Source: Pristiophorus japonicus | Taxonomy: Eukaryota | NCBI RefSeq assembly: GCF_044704955.1 | Contig: NC_091985.1 | Span: 152,582,001-152,646,000 of the forward strand | Length of the DNA: 64,000 nt | Reading direction: 5' to 3' | Shown: piece after piece, positions 51,209 through 63,139 of the stretch | How positions within the stretch are numbered: position 1 is the first letter of the stretch | Layout of the letters: the number at the start of each line of letters is the position of its first letter | Translations under genes and position numbers: made by a program | The notes under the pieces: generated by a model | Told to the model about the DNA's origin: nothing | Database searches by the model: none | The model's input: the letters and a program-made list of their open reading frames with translations, nothing else

Positions 51209-52426
51209 TCAGTAGTTGAAGCGTTCACGGATGAGCTGCTGGCGCAAGTCTCGAGCAATCGTTAAAGGGGCACGATGGACAGCCCTCCTCCGACCTCGTG
51301 CTTCGGCATCAGGCACTTGCATGCTTTCCTGATTGTCGTTATCATTCACATCCTGGTCTTCCGTAATACTATCATCATGCACTGGACCCTCACGTCGGTC
51401 TTCGGGTTCCACTACCAGCTCCTGCTGCCTCATGATGGCTAAGTTATGAAGCATGCAGCACACAACAGTGAAGTGACCGACAATCTGAGGAGAGTATAGC
51501 AACTGTCCTCCGGAATGGTCCAGGCATCGGAATCGCTGTTTCAATATGCCAATGGTCCTCTCAATGATGCTGCGCGTCGCAATGTGCGCCATGTTGTATT
51601 GACGGTCAGCTTCTGTCCGTGTCATGCGTATGGGCGTCATGAGCCAGGTGGTCAGGCCGTACCCTTTGTCTCCCAGTAGCCAGCTCTGCCCTTCTGGCTG
51701 CTGCTCAAACATGTCAGATAGAACGCTGTTGCGTAGGATGAACGCATCATGGGTGCTGCCAGGGTATCTCGCATCGACTGACATGATGCGCTGCTTGTCG
51801 TCACACACGAGCTGCACATTGATAGAGTGGAAACCTTTCCTATTTCGGTACTGCTCAGATTCCTCCACGGGTGCTCGCAAGGCTATGTGGGTACAATCAA
51901 TGCAGCCCTGTACCTTTGGGAAGCCGGCAATCCTGAAGAAGCCCACAGCCCTCTCATGGATCGCTTGTGCGGTCATTGGGAAATTGATGAAGTCATTCCT
52001 TCGCGCATAAAGTGCAGCCGTGACCTGGTAAATGCAGGCATGTATTGCACGTTGAGAGATGGCACACACATCTCCAGTTGTAGCCTGAAACGATCCCGAG
52101 GCATAGAAAGAAAGTGCAGCTGTTACCTTCACTTCAACAGACAAGGCAGTTGTCCTTCTGCTTCTGGGCTGCAAATCTGCTCTCACCATATCACAGATCT
52201 GAGTGACAACTTCTCTGCGAAAACGCAGCCTTTTCACACAATCAGCCTCGCTCATGTCCAGGTACAAGCGCCTGGTTCGATATTGTCGACGTGGGTAAGG
52301 TCTCCTGCCCATCAACCTACGGGCTACGACGTTCCTGGTGCGGTGAGCTCTAATCAATTCTCTCCTATGCAGTGAATTGATGGCAAACCATTGCATAATA
52401 CGTGGTGTTGACAATGCAGCACCCAT
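51209..52426 (-). CDS. Harbinger DDE transposase (HARBI1-like), 405 aa, intact
   Basis: Motifs GCIDCTH, YPGSTHD, LLGDKGY, RSIIERTIG and CCMLHN; N-terminal HTH region. Confidence 0.95.
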   Translation of the reverse strand: MGAALSTPRIMQWFAINSLHRRELIRAHRTRNVVARRLMGRRPYPRRQYRTRRLYLDMSEADCVKRLRFRREVVTQICDMVRADLQPRSRRTTALSVEVKVTAALSFYASGSFQATTGDVCAISQRAIHACIYQVTAALYARRNDFINFPMTAQAIHERAVGFFRIAGFPKVQGCIDCTHIALRAPVEESEQYRNRKGFHSINVQLVCDDKQRIMSVDARYPGSTHDAFILRNSVLSDMFEQQPEGQSWLLGDKGYGLTTWLMTPIRMTRTEADRQYNMAHIATRSIIERTIGILKQRFRCLDHSGGQLLYSPQIVGHFTVVCCMLHNLAIMRQQELVVEPEDRREGPVHDDSITEDQDVNDNDNQESMQVPDAEARGRRRAVHRAPLTIARDLRQQLIRERFNY

Positions 52427-53951
52427 TCTGCAAATTTAAATATAAAACTGTCGATGTGGCTGCCTCTCCCTGTCCAAATGGCCTCAGTCCCCCTCACAGC
52501 TCGAAGGCTGCTGTTGTATCTTCGGCTGCCGTCGAGCCACTGACGCCGCCCCTAAAGCGTGGCCGAATGGCCTCAAGCACCATAAAGAGCTGCGTGTGTC
52601 AGGTGTTGATTCTTCGGCTGCCGGCCAGCCACTTACGGCGCTGATATCCTATGGCCGAATGGCCTCACGTCGGTCCGCTGCTGCTTCTTCGGCTGCCGGC
52701 CAGCCACTGACGCCGCTGATATCTCGTGGCTGAATGGCCTCGGGTCCGTCCGGTGCTGCTTCTTCGCGGCCAGCCACGAAGAGAATGAAGGCCTGCCTCA
52801 AGCACTGCAGCTCAGCTCGAAGCTTGCTGCCGCTGCCTTCGAGACACTGACACCACACCGCTGCCTGTCTCCAACATGAAAGGCCTGCCTGAAGCACTTT
52901 CACACAGGTAGGAACATGGTTTATTTAATCTTTTCTTTGCGTATAAATTTTTATTCACGTTGGATTTATTTGTATAACATTTGTATAAGTATAACTAAGG
53001 ATCGATTGTAGAATTTAATGACTTCGCTTCCCCCCCTCCCCCCCCACCCCCACTTCATTCCCTACGCCTAATTTGTAACCTACGCCTGATTTTCTAAAGT
53101 GTAGACAAGGTTTTTTCGAGCGTACAAAAATCTTCACTTACTCCATTCTAAGTTAGTTTGGAGTAAGTTTTCACTCACGAAACTTTGAAATCAGGCGTAA
53201 GTGGCCGGACACGCCCCTTTTTGAAAAAAAAATTCTGTTCCAAAGTGAAACTGTTCTAACTGACTAGAACTGGAGCAAACTAAATGTGGAGAATTCCGAT
53301 TTCTAAGATACTCTGTTCTACACCAGTTGCTCCTAAAAATCAGGAGCAAGTCATGTGGAAACTTGGGCCATAGTATCTGGTCTTAAAGGGCAGCAAAATA
53401 TAGATCAACAACATGCTCAGTCACGTATAATTAGCAAATTCCCCAAAGCATGTGAAAGTGAAAATAAACAACTTTCATGTGCACACTCTTACACCTTTCG
53501 ACAGCAAACATAACCTATAATGTGAATTCCATTTTACAGATTCATTATTTGTACTAAATGACAAAATGCAAACTTACACACACAACGGATCTGGTTTTAT
53601 AGTATTTTTGATGAGTTTTGGTTCATGTACAAAGTTAACAGATTTTTTAGAATCTCAAGCCTTGCAACTGCCTTGTATAAAAGGAATGATGTACTACACT
53701 CATCCGATTCGTCACGTACTTGAACTTCAATTAAATGCAAAAAGCATTATACCTAGAAAATTATTAAACCCATTAATACAAACCTCTAGTATTTTAATTC
53801 CACACACTGGCTGTATACAAAACAGCCTGAAGTGTTGTGATGTAGATTAGTGTGACATTTCAACAAGTATGATGAAACAAACTCTGATGAAGCCAGAGAC
53901 AGTCAGGCATTTATTTGCAAGATCTGCCCCAAAAGTACTCTTGATAGAAAT

Positions 53952-54655
53952 CATCATCATCATCATAGGCAGTCTCTCGAATAGAGGATAACTTGCTTCC
54001 ACACCAAAAAGTTCACAGGTGTTTCAATGAAGGACCTAAAATTCCAGTTCTGAACTGCTTATTGAAGATGCCTGTGCATGGATTTTTTTTTTTAAACGTA
54101 TGATGGCCGTTGCACACCAGCCACCACACGGGCTTGACAGAGCTTGGTCTTGGTCCAGTGGTAAGGATTAACCAAGACGACTGGAGACCAGCTTTGCTGC
54201 ACAGTATCGCAGTATAGGCTGGCCCGTGCTGCCCCTGGGCCATCGCCTCTGCTGGGCCCCGAACTCTCACCTCTCCTGGGCCCCGAACTCACACCTCTCC
54301 TGGGCCCCGATCACGTCCCTCTACAATCTCTTGCTGCTCCTTCGCCCCGACCTCGCTGCTGCTCTGTTGCTTGCCGCCTCTCCTGCTGTACCTGCTCACG
54401 CTCCAATCATCGACCTGGATCTTGGTGATGTCCAATCTAGTCGCCTTCTTTGCTGCAGTTGGTCTCCTGCTCCAGCAGCAGTCTATGCGGCCCCCGGCCT
54501 GTGAGTATCATCGGAGCAGGCCGGGGAGCAGAAGAGGAGGCGTGGCGGCCTGGCCCAGCAGTCTGTGCGGCCCCCGACCTGTGAGCACCATCGGAGCAGG
54601 CCGGGGAGCGGAAGGAGTAGCATGGCGTCATACCATTCTAGGGAGCAGCACGTGA
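53952..54655 (-). mobile_element. Non-autonomous retroelement with (ATG)n tail; a second fragment lies at about 4415-4500
   Basis: (CAT)n followed by ag..gt..ctcgaa...cttgcttcca...agttcacag.tgtttcaatgaaggacct at both loci; GC-rich tandem subrepeats. Family not identified. Confidence 0.55.
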
Positions 54656-55311
54656 TAGAAAACAGACCAACATTGGAAACACCTTTTCAAGCTGCAATTT
54701 GTATTTTAACGCCAATTATTTTCTTGTGCATAGATATCCAAGAACAACTTCCCTCATTAATTTAAGGGATTCAAATGTCAAGCCACAAGAGCAAGACTCA
54801 AGCGATTTATAATTAATTTGAAAGCTAAGGTGACATTACTGTTTGGTAATCACCCACATATGAATTTTTGTAATACAGTATACATAGGGTGGAGCTGGCA
54901 GGGGAAGTTATTTGTAAAAAAAGTCGTCAGTAACATCATGGTAGATCAGATAGCCAGAATGATCCATATATTTGACTTTTGATAGTCTCACTGATGGATT
55001 AATGAAGATGACTAAATGGCTATAAATTTATCATGCAATAGTCTGCAGCTGAAAATCAAAACTTAAACATTAAATAGTACATAAACTGGAATATTGCAAG
55101 GTACCAATATGGAGACACAGGTGACATTAAGAAGCACATGAATTGCTTTAATAAATATGATTCGAACAATACGGAAACATACTCTCATTTATTATTCATT
55201 GCAGCAATAGAGTTCACATCCACCATTTTATTAAGAAGGTCATGAGTTCAAACCCCACTATGATTCTTCCAAGTGATATCAAGGGAATGCACGGTTATCT
55301 TTAGATTGGTC

Positions 55312-55935
55312 AGAGGTAGGTTTTAAGAAGCATCATAAAGGAGGAGAGAGAGTTGGCAGGGTTTAGGGAGGGAATTCCAGAGCTTGGGGCCTAGGCAGAT
55401 GAAGGCACTGCCACCAATGGTGGAGCGAGTAAAATCAGGATGTGCAAGAGGCCAGAATTGGAGGAGCGCAGATATCTCGTGGGGGGGCGGGAGTGCTGGA
55501 GAAGATTACAGAGATCTGGAGGGGTGAGGACATGGAACGATTTGAAAACAGGATGAGAATTTTAAAATCAAGGTGTTACTGAATTGGGAACCAATGTAGG
55601 TCAGCGAGCATAGGGATGATGGGTCAACGGGATTTGGGCAGCAGAGTTTTGGATTACCTCAAGTCTAGAGAGTAGAATGTGGGAGGCCGGCCAAGAATGC
55701 ATTGGAATAGTCAATCTAGAGATAACAAAGGCATGAATCAGGGTTTCATCAGATGAGCTGAGGCAGGGACGGAGTCGGCCGATGTTACTGAGGTGGAAAT
55801 AGGCGGTGTCAGTGATGGCGCAGATATATGTCGGAGACTCATCGCGGGGTCAAATATGACACCAAGGCTGCCAACAGTCTGGTTCAGCCTCACAGTTGCC
55901 CAAGAGAAACATGGAGATAGTGGCTAGGGAATGGT
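55312..55935 (-). mobile_element. L2 LINE 3' fragment
   Basis: Collinear with 57900-58310; reverse frame includes LIHAFVISRL-like sequence. Confidence 0.7.
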
Positions 55936-56384
55936 GTTTGTGGCATTAATCATTATCTTGTGCATGTATTACTGGGATGATTCCCCAACATTCAAAGGAA
56001 GATTTTAAAATCAGCTGCCAGTACTGTACAGCAGTCAAGACATAAACTGGGTCCACCTTGAGTGATTAATACAGGAAACAGCTTGGCTGGAACTGCTACA
56101 TTGATGACTTTAGATAATCAAAACTTTATAAAGGAAATGCCCATGTAAATTTTTGCAGATTACAAAAGCACACTATTGCTAACATGCAAAAAGCAAAATT
56201 TGAAACTACTATCATTCCAGATGTGCATAGTCAAAAACCTTGCCACTAATTGGAATAAAAAGAATTTTGGTGTGTTCAGGAGGAAGAGTAATACAATTGA
56301 CAAAGTGTTAAATTTTTAATTTGGACCCTTTATTACTGGAAACGGCATCAAAAATGCTGCTCACAGGGTTAAAATGGTCAACAT

Positions 56385-57720
56385 CAGAATTAGGAGCAGG
56401 AGTGGGCCAAATTGGTTGCTCGAGCCTGTTCCTCCATTCAATATCATGGCTGATCTTCGACTTCAACTCGATACACATATCCCTCAGTTCCCCGAGAGTC
56501 CAAAATTCTATCGCAGCCCTGAACCTATTCAACGATTTAGCAACCGTAGCCCTCTGGGGTAGAGAATCCCAAAGATTCGCAGCCCTCATCATTCCTCCTC
56601 ATCTCAGTCATAAATGGCCAACACCTTATCCTGAGACTGTGTCCCCTAGTTCTAAACTCTCCAGCCAGGGGAAACTTCCTCTCAGCATTTACCTTATCAA
56701 TCCCCCTCAGAATCTTGTATGCTTCAACGGGATCATCTCTCATTCTTCTAAACTTGAGATTACAGATCCAAATCTACCCAATCACTCCTCATAGGACAAC
56801 CCTTTCATCCCAGAAATCGATCTAGTGTACCTTCGTCGTACTGCCTCGCAGGCAAAAATATCCTTCCTCAGATAAGGAGACCAAAACTGTGCACAGTATT
56901 TCAGGTACGGTCTCATTAAAGCCCTTCACAATTGTATTAAGCCTTCCTTACTCGTGTACAGTAGCATAATGGTAACTAGTAATCCAGAGGCCTGGACTAA
57001 TGATCCAGCGACAAGAGTTCAAATCCCACCACGGCAGCTGGGGAATTTAAATTCAGTTAAATAAATCTGGAATAAAAAGCTAGCATCAATAATGGTGACC
57101 ATGAAATTACCGGATTGTCGTAAAAACCCATCTGGTTCACAAATGTGGTCTATATGTGACTCCAGACCAACAGCAATGTGGTTGACTCTTAACTGCCCTC
57201 TGAAATGGCCTAGAAAGCCACTCAGTTGTCAAGGCAGCTCACCACCACCTCCGAGGGTAATTAGGGATGGGAGATAAATGCTGGCCTTACCAGTAACATC
57301 CACATACCGTGAATGAATTTTAAAAAAAACTCCAACCTCCTTACAATAAAGGCCAACATGCCATTTGCCTTCCTAACTGCTTGCTGTACACGCAGGCGGT
57401 GTGTGTTTCCTGTACGTGGACACCTAAAACTCTCTGAACGAACATTTAATAGTTTCTCACCATTTAAAAAATCCCATTTTTCTATTCCTCCTAGCAAAGT
57501 GAATAACCTCAGTTTCCCACATTATACACCATCTGCCAGCTTATTGTCCACTCGCTTAACCTGTTTACATCCTTTTGAAGACAGTGTCCTCCTCACAGCT
57601 TACTTTCCCACCTAGCTTTGTACTCTCAATCCTCAGGCTTGCTTCTATTCTTCGCAACATTATAAGCCTCTTCTTTTAATCTGATACTATCCTTAGCTTC
57701 ATGGAATGTACATTCATTGA
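56385..57720 (-). mobile_element. Decayed CR1 3' part, split by a + strand SINE
   Basis: ORFs 56537..56743 and 57261..57497. Confidence 0.8.
56960..57329 (+). mobile_element. tRNA-derived SINE (second family)
   Basis: A-box-like TAGCATAATGG, B box GAGTTCAAATCCC, poly(A) end; interrupts CR1 at gtac|tcc. Confidence 0.7.
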
Positions 57721-57777
57721 GAATTTTGGAATACATCTTGTTTACCACTGCTTATATACCATAGTTACCTTTTAAAT

Positions 57778-58310
57778 CAACAACAATAACGCCTTTGATA
57801 TAGTAAAACGTCTCTAACATAGTAAAACGTTTCAAGGTGCTTCATAAAAGTATTATGAGACAAAAAAATTGACGCCAAGCCACATTTGGAGAAATTCAGG
57901 CAGGTGACCAAAAGCTTGGTCAAAGAGGTAGGCTTTAAGGAGCGTCTTGAAGAAGGAAAGAGAGGTAGAGAGGCGGCGAGGTTTAGGCAGGAGTTCCAGA
58001 GCTTGGAGCCTAGGCAACAGAAGGCACGGCCACCAATATTTGAGTAATTATAATCAGGGATGCTCAAGAGGACAGAATTAGAGGAGTGCAGATATCGCAG
58101 GATGGGTTGTGGGGCTGGAGCAGATTACAAGAGATAGGGAGGGGCGGGCAAGCCCATGGAGGGATCTGAAAACAAGGATGAGAATTTTGAAATTGAGGAG
58201 TTACTTAACTGGGAGCCAATGTAGGTCAGCGAGCACAGAGGTGAGGGTAAGCGGGACTTGGTGCAAATTAGGACATGGGCAGCCGAGTTTTGGATCACCT
58301 CTAGTTTACG
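57778..58310 (-). mobile_element. L2 LINE 3' end with (TTG)n tail
   Basis: ORF 57777..58067 GGRAF...KLWNS; tail caacaacaa. Confidence 0.75.
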
Positions 58311-58431
58311 TAGGGTCTAGTCAACACACTTGTTTACTAAAGTAGTCAAATACGCATTACAGTATAAAGCTATTCCCTTAATTTAAAAAGTGTTGTATTA
58401 TTACGTATGCATGCACAAAGAATACACATAC

Positions 58432-58589
58432 CCGTGCTATACAATATTCCTTTGGGTTTTCCTTTTCCAGTCCATATTTCTCAAGGGCTTCTCCAACAGC
58501 GAAGTCTGATGTATCCGTTGTTGACAACAAGATGGTCTTGTATGGTATATTTGGCTTTAAACTATCCGCATAGATCCTAAGAGTTCCAC
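58432..58589 (-). CDS. AFDN: Afadin exon (158 nt), start of RA2: GGTLRIYADSLKPNIPYKTILLSTTDTSDFAVGEALEKYGLEKENPKEYCIAR
   Basis: Hand translation (absent from the ORF track). Boundaries tgtccAG / GTatgt. Near-identical to the afadin RA2 sequence as recalled. Confidence 0.95.
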
Positions 58590-59269
58590 CTGGACAAAAT
58601 AAAGATAAACGTTTTAATGTTCATAATTGCCCAATTAGATTGGACTAGCCTTTTTATGGCTTTGTGTACATTTTCTTTATACACAGCCAACGTGCGTGTG
58701 GAATCAATAATTCCTAGCAACTATCCCAAAGCAGTAGCACAAAAACAATGAATTATATTTAAACTATAATTTTCTACTTAACTTAGAAAATTTAAGTAAA
58801 GTTTGAAAGAAATATAGTTTATAATTTCTTAAGTACACTGAATCATCGACTAAATATTGGTCTGCTCAACAATTTGAATAAACATTTTGTTCAATACCCA
58901 AGTTATTACTACTTTTTTTTAATGAAGTGTATACTTATGAATAATCTATTCCACATCTTAGATCAAGTCATCCACAAATTGCACAATGAATCTTTCCAAT
59001 CTAAGTCAGTGAATTTAAAGGGAGGACTAGACTGAATGCAGCTGCCCACATGGAGGGCAGATCACTCAGTCCATTTCCATGCCTTCCAAGAGTAAGTTGC
59101 AGTCCAGCAGCTTAGGTCTGAAAAGAAATCAGTTGCTGGAAAACAATCAGGCAAACCATCGAGGGATTAGTACCTATGATACAATGAAAGCCCCTCACTC
59201 AGGAGAACGTGGTTGTTTCTATTAGGCCTCACTCTCTTCTACCAAAACCAACACCTTGTGCCCCTCCAC

Positions 59270-60296
59270 CTTCATCTCCAATAAGTGCAAAGAGCTCACG
59301 GACTTCGTCACCCAAGACCAAGTCCATGCATTCAACTGCCTCTGCTACTTCTTCCCATTCCCTTTGCCCACAAAGCCAAGCCTCCCACCCCTACTGGCAC
59401 TGAACCCACATCTTTCAACTTCTCTCCCATCTTCCTCTATACTGTCTTTGTCTACGAGAGCCACTTACTGCTTCCTTGACCCTATTCCCACTAAACTGCA
59501 GACGACCCAATGTCTTCCTGGCCCATATGCGAGCTGACATTGTAAATTGTGCTTTCTTCCCAGGTACTGACCCTCCCTTTCAAAGCCACCATTATCAACC
59601 CCTCCATTCTGGCAATCGTTTCACTTCCTGTCCCAGCATAGTTTTATTTAGAGTCCTCCGAGGATCCATCTTCTCTCCCCCACCATCTTATGCAATATCT
59701 ATAGCCACGAGATCAGTTTCGACACATACAACAAACTCCAGCTCTGTCTCAGTCCCTCCACTGCCTGTGTTATCAGACCATTTGTCCAACATCCAATGTC
59801 AGATAAGTCGTAACTTCCTCCAGCTAAACAAAAGGAAGGCTGAAGCCATCCACTCTGGCCCCTGCTACAAACTCTCTACCCTAACTACCGATTTCATTCC
59901 CCTCCTTAGCCATTGTTTCAGAGTGAATCATAAAGTTCATACACCCAAGCAGAGATCCCAACCGCACATCTTCGCAACCATAAAGACCATCTACTTCCAG
60001 CTCTGTAATATCACCCGCCTCTGCTCCTACCTCAGCCCATGTGCTGCTAAAGCCTTCAATGATGCCTTTTTACTTCCAGACTATTCCAATGCTCACCTTG
60101 TCAACATTCTCCCACTCACCCATCCTCTCTGACCTATAATCGTTCCAGTCCTCAACACTTCCAATTGAAAATTTTCATTCTTGTGTTTAAATCCCTTCAT
60201 AGTCTCATCCCTACTAATCCCTGGAAGCTCCTACAACCCTCTGAACTCACTGTTCCTCTGACTAACCTTGTGCAGCCTCCTCCCTTCACCCTACCA
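59270..60296 (+). mobile_element. Highly decayed L2 LINE
   Basis: ORF 59476..60132 remnants (LQLN..KAE, YFQL.NI.RL, DYSNA.L). Confidence 0.6.
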
Positions 60297-62306
60297 TGGA
60301 TTTCAAAAGGAATAGTCTTGCTTGACCAACCTCATTGAATTTTTTGAAGAGGTTACAGAGTAGACAAGAGTAATACAGCAGATGTAATTTATCTAGATTT
60401 TCAAAAGGCCATCGTTAAGGTACTGCATAATAGACTGATGAACAACGTCAGAGAATGTGGAGCCAGGGGACAAGTAGCAGAATGGATAGCTAGCTGGCAT
60501 CAAGACAGAAAGCAGAGAATGGAGGTAAAGGGTAGCTATTCAGTGGCAGGAGGTGGGTACTGGTGTTCCACAAGGATCAGCACTGGGACCACTGTTGTTC
60601 GCAATTTATATTATCAATTTAGGCTTTGGAATCAAAAACACAAATTTCTAAATTTGTAGTTTACATCAAATTGGGGGGGGGGGGGGGGGGAGGAAAGAGA
60701 TAGTCAATACAGGGGACGAATGTAACAAATTACAGGAGAACATTAATAAACTTGCAGAATGGGCATATAATTGACAAATGAATTTCAACACATAAAAGTG
60801 AGGTATTACACTTTGGTAGGAAAAATAGGGAGATCACATTACTTGGGAGGGTGAGAGTCTAGGTGAGGTAGAGGAGCAAAGGGATCTCGGAGTAACATAG
60901 AAATCTAGAAAATAGGTGCAGGAGTAGGCCATTCAGCCCTTCGAGCCTGCACCATCATTCAATAAGATCATGGCCGATCATTCACCTCAGTACCCCTTTC
61001 CTGCTTTCTCTCCATACCCCTTTGATCCCTTTAGCCGTAACGGTCATATCTAACTCCCTCTTGAATATATCCAATGAAATGGCATCAACAACTCTGCAGT
61101 AGGGAATTCCACAGGTTAACAACTCTGAGTGAAAAAGTTCTTCCGCATCTCAGTCCTAAATGACCTACCACTTATCCTAAGACTGTGTCCCCTGGTTCTG
61201 GACTTCCCCAACATCGGGAACATTCTTCCTGCCTCTAACCTGTCCAGTCCCGTCAGAATTTTATATGTTTCTGAGATCCCCTCTCATCCTTCTAAACTCC
61301 AATGTATAAAGGCCCAGTTGATCCAGTCTCTCCTTATATGTCAGTCCAGCCATCCCAGGAATCAGTCTAGTGAACCTTCGCTGCACTCCCTCAATAGCAA
61401 GAACATCCTTCCACAGATTAGATGACCAAAACTGAACACAATATTCCAGGTGTGGCCTCATCAAGGCCCTGTACAACTGCAGTAAGACCTCCCTGCTCCT
61501 ATACTCAAATCCCCTAGTTATGAAGTACAAATACACAAATCGCTAAAAGTGGTAACAAGGCCATAAAAAGAGAAAACCAAGCACAAAGGTTTATTTCTAG
61601 AGGAATTGAATTGAAAAGTATTGAAGTCATGCTAAATTTGTATCGAACCTTGGTTAGACCACACTGCGTATTGCACTCAGTTCTGGTCGCCACATTATAA
61701 AAAGGATAGCTTCTGAGGCAGTCCTTCAGAGTCAAGGATGACTTAAAAAGGATATACCTGTAGTACAGTTCTGGTCGCCATATCATAAAACGGATAAAGA
61801 AGCACTGGAGAGGATGCAGAGGAAATTTACAAGGATGATTCTAGAAATGCAAGAGTGCACATATCAGGAAAGGATGAACAGGCTGGGTCTCTCTTCTTTT
61901 GATAAAAGACGGCTGAGGGGTGACCTAATAGAGGACTTTAAAAATTATGAAAGGTTTTGATTGAGTGGCTACAAAGAAAATGTTCCTAATTGTGGGGAAG
62001 AGCATAACTAGAGGCCATCAATATAAAATAGCCACCAAGAAATCCAATAGGGAATTCAGCAGAAAATTCTTTACCCAAAGAGTGGTGAGAATGTGGAACT
62101 CTCTGCCACAGGGAGTGGTTGAAGCAAATAGTATAGATGCATTTAAGGGAGGCTAGACAAGCATGAGGGAGAAGGGAATAGAGGGTTATGCTGATAGTTA
62201 AGATGAGGAAAGATAGGAGGAGGTTCGCGTTGAGCATAAACGCCGGCATGAACTGATTGGGCCGAATGGCCTGTTTCTGTGCTGTTAATCCTATGTAATC
62301 CTATGT
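60297..62306 (+). mobile_element. Decayed CR1 with a nested younger minus-strand CR1 3' end (about 60895-61522)
   Basis: ORFs 60438.. and 61965.. on +; 61261..61536 on -; tails near 60895 and 62300. Confidence 0.8.
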
Positions 62307-62309
62307 AAA

Positions 62310-62966
62310 ACCTTTCCTCTTGTCCAATTAATTGAGACAGCCGTTCCTTGGTTCCACTATTACCTGTCCAGTGTAGTCATAGAATCTCCTGCAATGTCTT
62401 CTCTTTCCACCCAGCCATCGTTACCTCTGGAGTCCCCCAAGGATCTATCCTTGGCTCCCTGGGTTGTCAGACTGCTTGTCCACCATCCAGTCCTGGATGA
62501 CCAGCAATTTCCTCTAATTAAATATTGGAAAGACCAAAGATATTGTCTTCAGCCCCTGCCACAAACACAGTTCCCTCATTACTGATTCCATTCCCTTTCC
62601 TTCCTTAGCCGCTGTCTCAGGCTTTTCGCAACCTCAGCGTTCTATTTGACCGATCTGAGCTTCCGGCCCCATATCCTCTCCACTACAAAGACTACGTACT
62701 TCTACATCGCCCGTCTCCGTCCCCGCCACAGTTTATCAGCTACTGAAACCCTCATCCATGCTTTCATTACCTCCAGACTTGATTATTCCAATGCTCTCCT
62801 GGCCAGCCTCCCATCTTCAACCCTCCATAAACTTGAGATTCAAAACTCTGCTGCCCAGCACCAAGTCCCAGAATTCAGAAGAATCTTCTTTACACCTTTT
62901 AAATTACACCTCTGAAGCATTTAGGATGTTTTACTACATTAAAAACGCTATACAAATACAAGTTGT
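62310..62966 (+). mobile_element. L2 LINE 3' fragment ending beside an afadin splice donor
   Basis: ORF 62646..62915 LIHAFITSRLDYSNALL; tail ...gctatacaaatacaagttgt. Confidence 0.75.
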
Positions 62967-62972
62967 CAATAC

Positions 62973-63139
62973 CTGAATCGGGCCGTCCATCAGCACTACG
63001 AAATTCTTGCATTCTTTGTTCTAACTTTTGTTGTCGTCTTCGTTTCATAACTACCTCAGGGTTAGATATTGTACGGGTGAAGCTAGTCTCTGGCATGTCT
63101 TTGTATACCTCTGCTGCAAGATGCGAACTTGAGTTCTCA
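62973..63139 (-). CDS. AFDN: Afadin internal exon (167 nt): ENSSSHLAAEVYKDMPETSFTRTISNPEVVMKRRRQQKLEQRMQEFRSADGRPDS
   Basis: Peptide recognised as vertebrate afadin between RA1 and RA2. Minus-strand acceptor (cttttctaccaatAG) and donor (GTattg). Ends in phase 1, matching the next exon. An in-frame alternative AG lies 12 nt inside. Confidence 0.93.

Larger units (their letters stand above)
48623..53369. mobile_element. Autonomous-type PIF/Harbinger DNA transposon (about 4.75 kb)
   Basis: TIRs GGCCCCAAGTTTC / GAAACTTGGGCC, ATA on both flanks, convergent Myb/SANT and DDE genes. Confidence 0.95.

Noticed and set aside
51209-52426. Domesticated host gene HARBI1
   Set aside because: Lies within TIRs and a TSD, with a partner Myb gene and sister MITEs, so it is a transposon gene.
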